Below, piece after piece: positions 61,487 through 64,000 of a DNA stretch of 64,000 nt. A model generated the notes under the pieces. The model ran no database searches. It worked only from the letters and a program-made list of their open reading frames with translations, and was not told the DNA's origin. The DNA comes from Octopus bimaculoides. Lineage: Eukaryota. Positions within the stretch are counted from its first letter, which is position 1; every line of letters begins with the position of its first letter. The translations under genes were made by a program, and so were the position numbers. Location: NCBI RefSeq assembly GCF_001194135.2, contig NC_068986.1, positions 90,119,638 to 90,183,637 on the forward strand. The letters are read 5' to 3'.

Positions 61487-61807
61487 AATATTTAATTAAC
61501 ATGAAGTTTCAAAAAATACTAGTCTGCTCTCTCTCTCTCTCTCTCTCCCTCTCTTTTTGTTTGCTTCTCTCATTCTCTTACATACATAAACACATACACA
61601 CACACACGCACACCTTTTGAACTCATGGATTGTGAGTAAATCTGTTTTATTCTCATGATAAATACATTGATTATTAAGAAAGGAAAACAAGGAGATATAG
61701 GGAGTGTTAGAGAAGGGGAGAGAGAGAGATAGGATTTTTTACCTCCCTGAACGTCAGCTTTACTAAGAATAAAGAACTCAGTGTAAGTGATAATAAGTTT
61801 AACGTAT

Positions 61808-62217
61808 CTTTTACTTGTTTCAGTCATTTAGACTATGGCCATGCTGGGGCACCACCTTGAAGAATTTTTAGTCAAATGAATCAACCCAGTTCTTACGTTT
61901 TTAAGCTTGGTACTTATACTATTAGACTCTTTTGCCAAACTGCTAGGTTATATTGATGTAAAGAAGCCAAAACCAGTTGTCAAGCGGTGGTAAGGGACAA
62001 ACACACGCACATGCATACACACTCACACACATGCATACACACTCACACACATGCATACATACACACACACAATGAGCTTCTTTCTGTCGACCAAATCTAC
62101 TCACTAGGCTTTGGTTGACCTGAGGCTATTGAAGAAGACACTTGCCCAGTGGGATTGAACTCGGGAACCATGTGGTTGGGAATCAAATTTCTTACCACAC
62201 AGCCACACCTGCACCTA
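61808..62217 (-). mobile_element. SINE family A (diverged)
   Basis: Tail, microsatellite and head motifs. Confidence 0.75.
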
Positions 62218-62249
62218 ATTCTAACAAAATTCATGTTTCACCAATGACT

Positions 62250-62547
62250 ATCAGGGACTGCCAGTGCCGCCGAACTGGCTCCTGTGCAGGTGGCACGTAA
62301 AATACACCATTTTGAGCATGGCCGTTGCCAGTACCTCCTGACTGGCCTTCGTGCCGGTGGCACGTAAAAGCACCCACTACACTCTCGGAGTGGTTGGCGT
62401 TAGGAAGAGCATCCAGTTGTAGAAACTCTGCCAAATCAGATTGGAGCCTGGTGTAGTCATCTGGTTTCACCAGTCCTCATTCAAATCGTCCAACACATGC
62501 TAGCATGGAAAGCGGACGTTAAACGACGACGATGATGATGATGATGT
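62250..62547 (+). mobile_element. RTE tail repeat (family D), CpG-intact
   Basis: Ends GCATGGAAAGCGGACGTTAAACGACGACGATGATG. Confidence 0.85.
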
Positions 62548-62949
62548 TCTATCATAGACAAGTATACATGCATGTGTGTGTGTTTGTGTGTGTGTTAGTA
62601 TCAGTATAAAGTATCAGCCCCATATTAAGATTAGTTCTTCTCTTCCTTTCTCTTTCTCTGTTCCAATCTACTTGCCTAGCTATCTACCATCCTCCCTCCA
62701 TCCCTACCTGGGTTGTACCTGTCTAATTCAAAGACTTGCCCTATATGTCGTACTGATTCAACCTGAAAATTGTATTAAGGGTGCACACATTTTTGGAATA
62801 CTCAGCCACATATGTTAAATTCATAAATAGGAGTTTAATTGGTTGAATAACTGAATGCTCATTGTCAAGATTGGCAGAGAATCAACCAGATTTTTCCAAT
62901 ATCTTACACTTTAGGTTTTCCTGTAAATATTGTCACAATATGTTGAGAT

Positions 62950-63113
62950 GCATGCATGGCTGTGTGGTAAGAAGTTTGCTTCTCAACCTCATGGTTTTAG
63001 GTTCAGTTCCACTGCATGGCATCATGGTCAAGTGTTTTCTACTATGGCCTGGACTAACCAAAGCCCTCTGAGTAGATTTAAAGATTTGATAGATGGAAAC
63101 TGAAAGAGGCTTG

Positions 63114-63187
<74 letters not shown>

Positions 63188-63436
63188 GTGTGTTACTGTT
63201 TTCTTGGCTTGCTATCATGATAATTGCAAATGTAACAATCATGTAACAATCATGTAAGTTTTGTCCTTCATTTCCAGTCTTCTGTGAAAACATGTCTGGT
63301 CATGGGGAAATATTACTTCGCTTGGAAATGAATGAAGTTTGGCAATAGGAAGAGCATTTGTCTATGAAAATCTGCTGCAGCAAATTCTGCCTAAGCTATG
63401 CAAGTATGGAAAAGTGAACATTAAAATGATGATGAT
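62950..63436 (+). mobile_element. SINE family A head + alternative RTE-type tail
   Basis: Head, (AT)n(AC)n, then AACATGTCTGGTCATGGGGAAATATT...GTATGGAAAAGTGAACATTAAAATGATGATGATG. Confidence 0.7.
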
Positions 63437-63732
63437 GTTGACAGCTTTTACATAAATCTTTTGTAGCACTTTAGAATAGGATATTCATGAGCTACGATCC
63501 TTTTGATTTGCAGTTCATTACAGTAACCAGTTGTAACACGGTAGGCTTGAGTGTGTATCTTTGGTACTGACTTTGTACTGGTTTTACTGCCAACATTTTC
63601 TTCCAGTCCTTTTAAAACCTTCCATGAAAAATTTATTGCATTTTTGCATATGTCTCTTTTCTTTACTTGAGAAGATAACGCTTTCACCTTTTGTTTATCG
63701 CAGATATTATGTTTTTTTTATATATATATATA

Positions 63733-63822
63733 CTAGCAGAAATACCCGGCGTTGCCCGGGTTAAAGAGAATAATGAAATCTAAAACGCCATCTAGACTAC
63801 GCATCATCTTTATATATAGAGA
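63733..63822 (-). mobile_element. Complete 90-bp non-autonomous Helitron
   Basis: Minus strand A|TCTCTATATATAAAG...AACCCGGGCAACGCCGGGTATTTCTGCTAG|T: 5' TC, 3' GC hairpin + CTAG, A|T target site. Confidence 0.82.
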
Positions 63823-64000
63823 TGTATATACACACACGCACCCAAACACACGTATATATATATGTATATCAATATAAATATATGAAAGTCAATGAAGTTT
63901 CGTAAAAGAAGGTGATCAAGTACATACTTTCTTGCTGTTGTGATTATAACACCTCGTTGTAAACAATGTTCCTTGTTTTCCCTTGTGGAGCATATACAAA

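Noticed and set aside
45359-64000. Next GALNT2 exon (expected C..K.W...LP.TSV.ITFHNEARS.LLRT)
   Set aside because: Not found by visual scan; it presumably lies beyond the window or in a gap. A tBLASTn search would settle this.

Overview
AT-rich, repeat-saturated animal genomic DNA with N-gaps. The SINE/LINE/MITE content looks like an Octopus (coleoid cephalopod) genome; this is pattern recognition, not a database result. One protein-coding gene is supported: the 5' part of a polypeptide N-acetylgalactosaminyltransferase 2 (GALNT2/pgant2) orthologue on the + strand. Coding exon 1 is 10942-11031, followed by a ~34 kb intron, exon 2 at 44997-45358, and a second intron that appears to run past the window end. 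The rest is several tRNA-derived SINE families; RTE, Tx1/L1 and CR1-like LINE fragments; Penelope-like remnants; mariner, Tigger and piggyBac non-autonomous DNA elements; Helitron/Helentron-type elements; and microsatellites. No rRNA, genuine tRNA or CRISPR was found. The most unusual signal is at 7001-7060, where the hammerhead-ribozyme core motifs are in register with stems I and III but the three strands are in a non-canonical (permuted, pseudoknotted) order; stem II is weak. Other notable items: a near-perfect 132-bp inverted repeat, a complete 90-bp Helitron, a TSD-flanked retro-insert of unknown coding origin, an RTE-mariner-RTE fold-back in intron 1, an overlapping uORF at the GALNT2 start, and a CpG step consistent with gene-body methylation. 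All coordinates and counts were made by eye; repeat boundaries are approximate.
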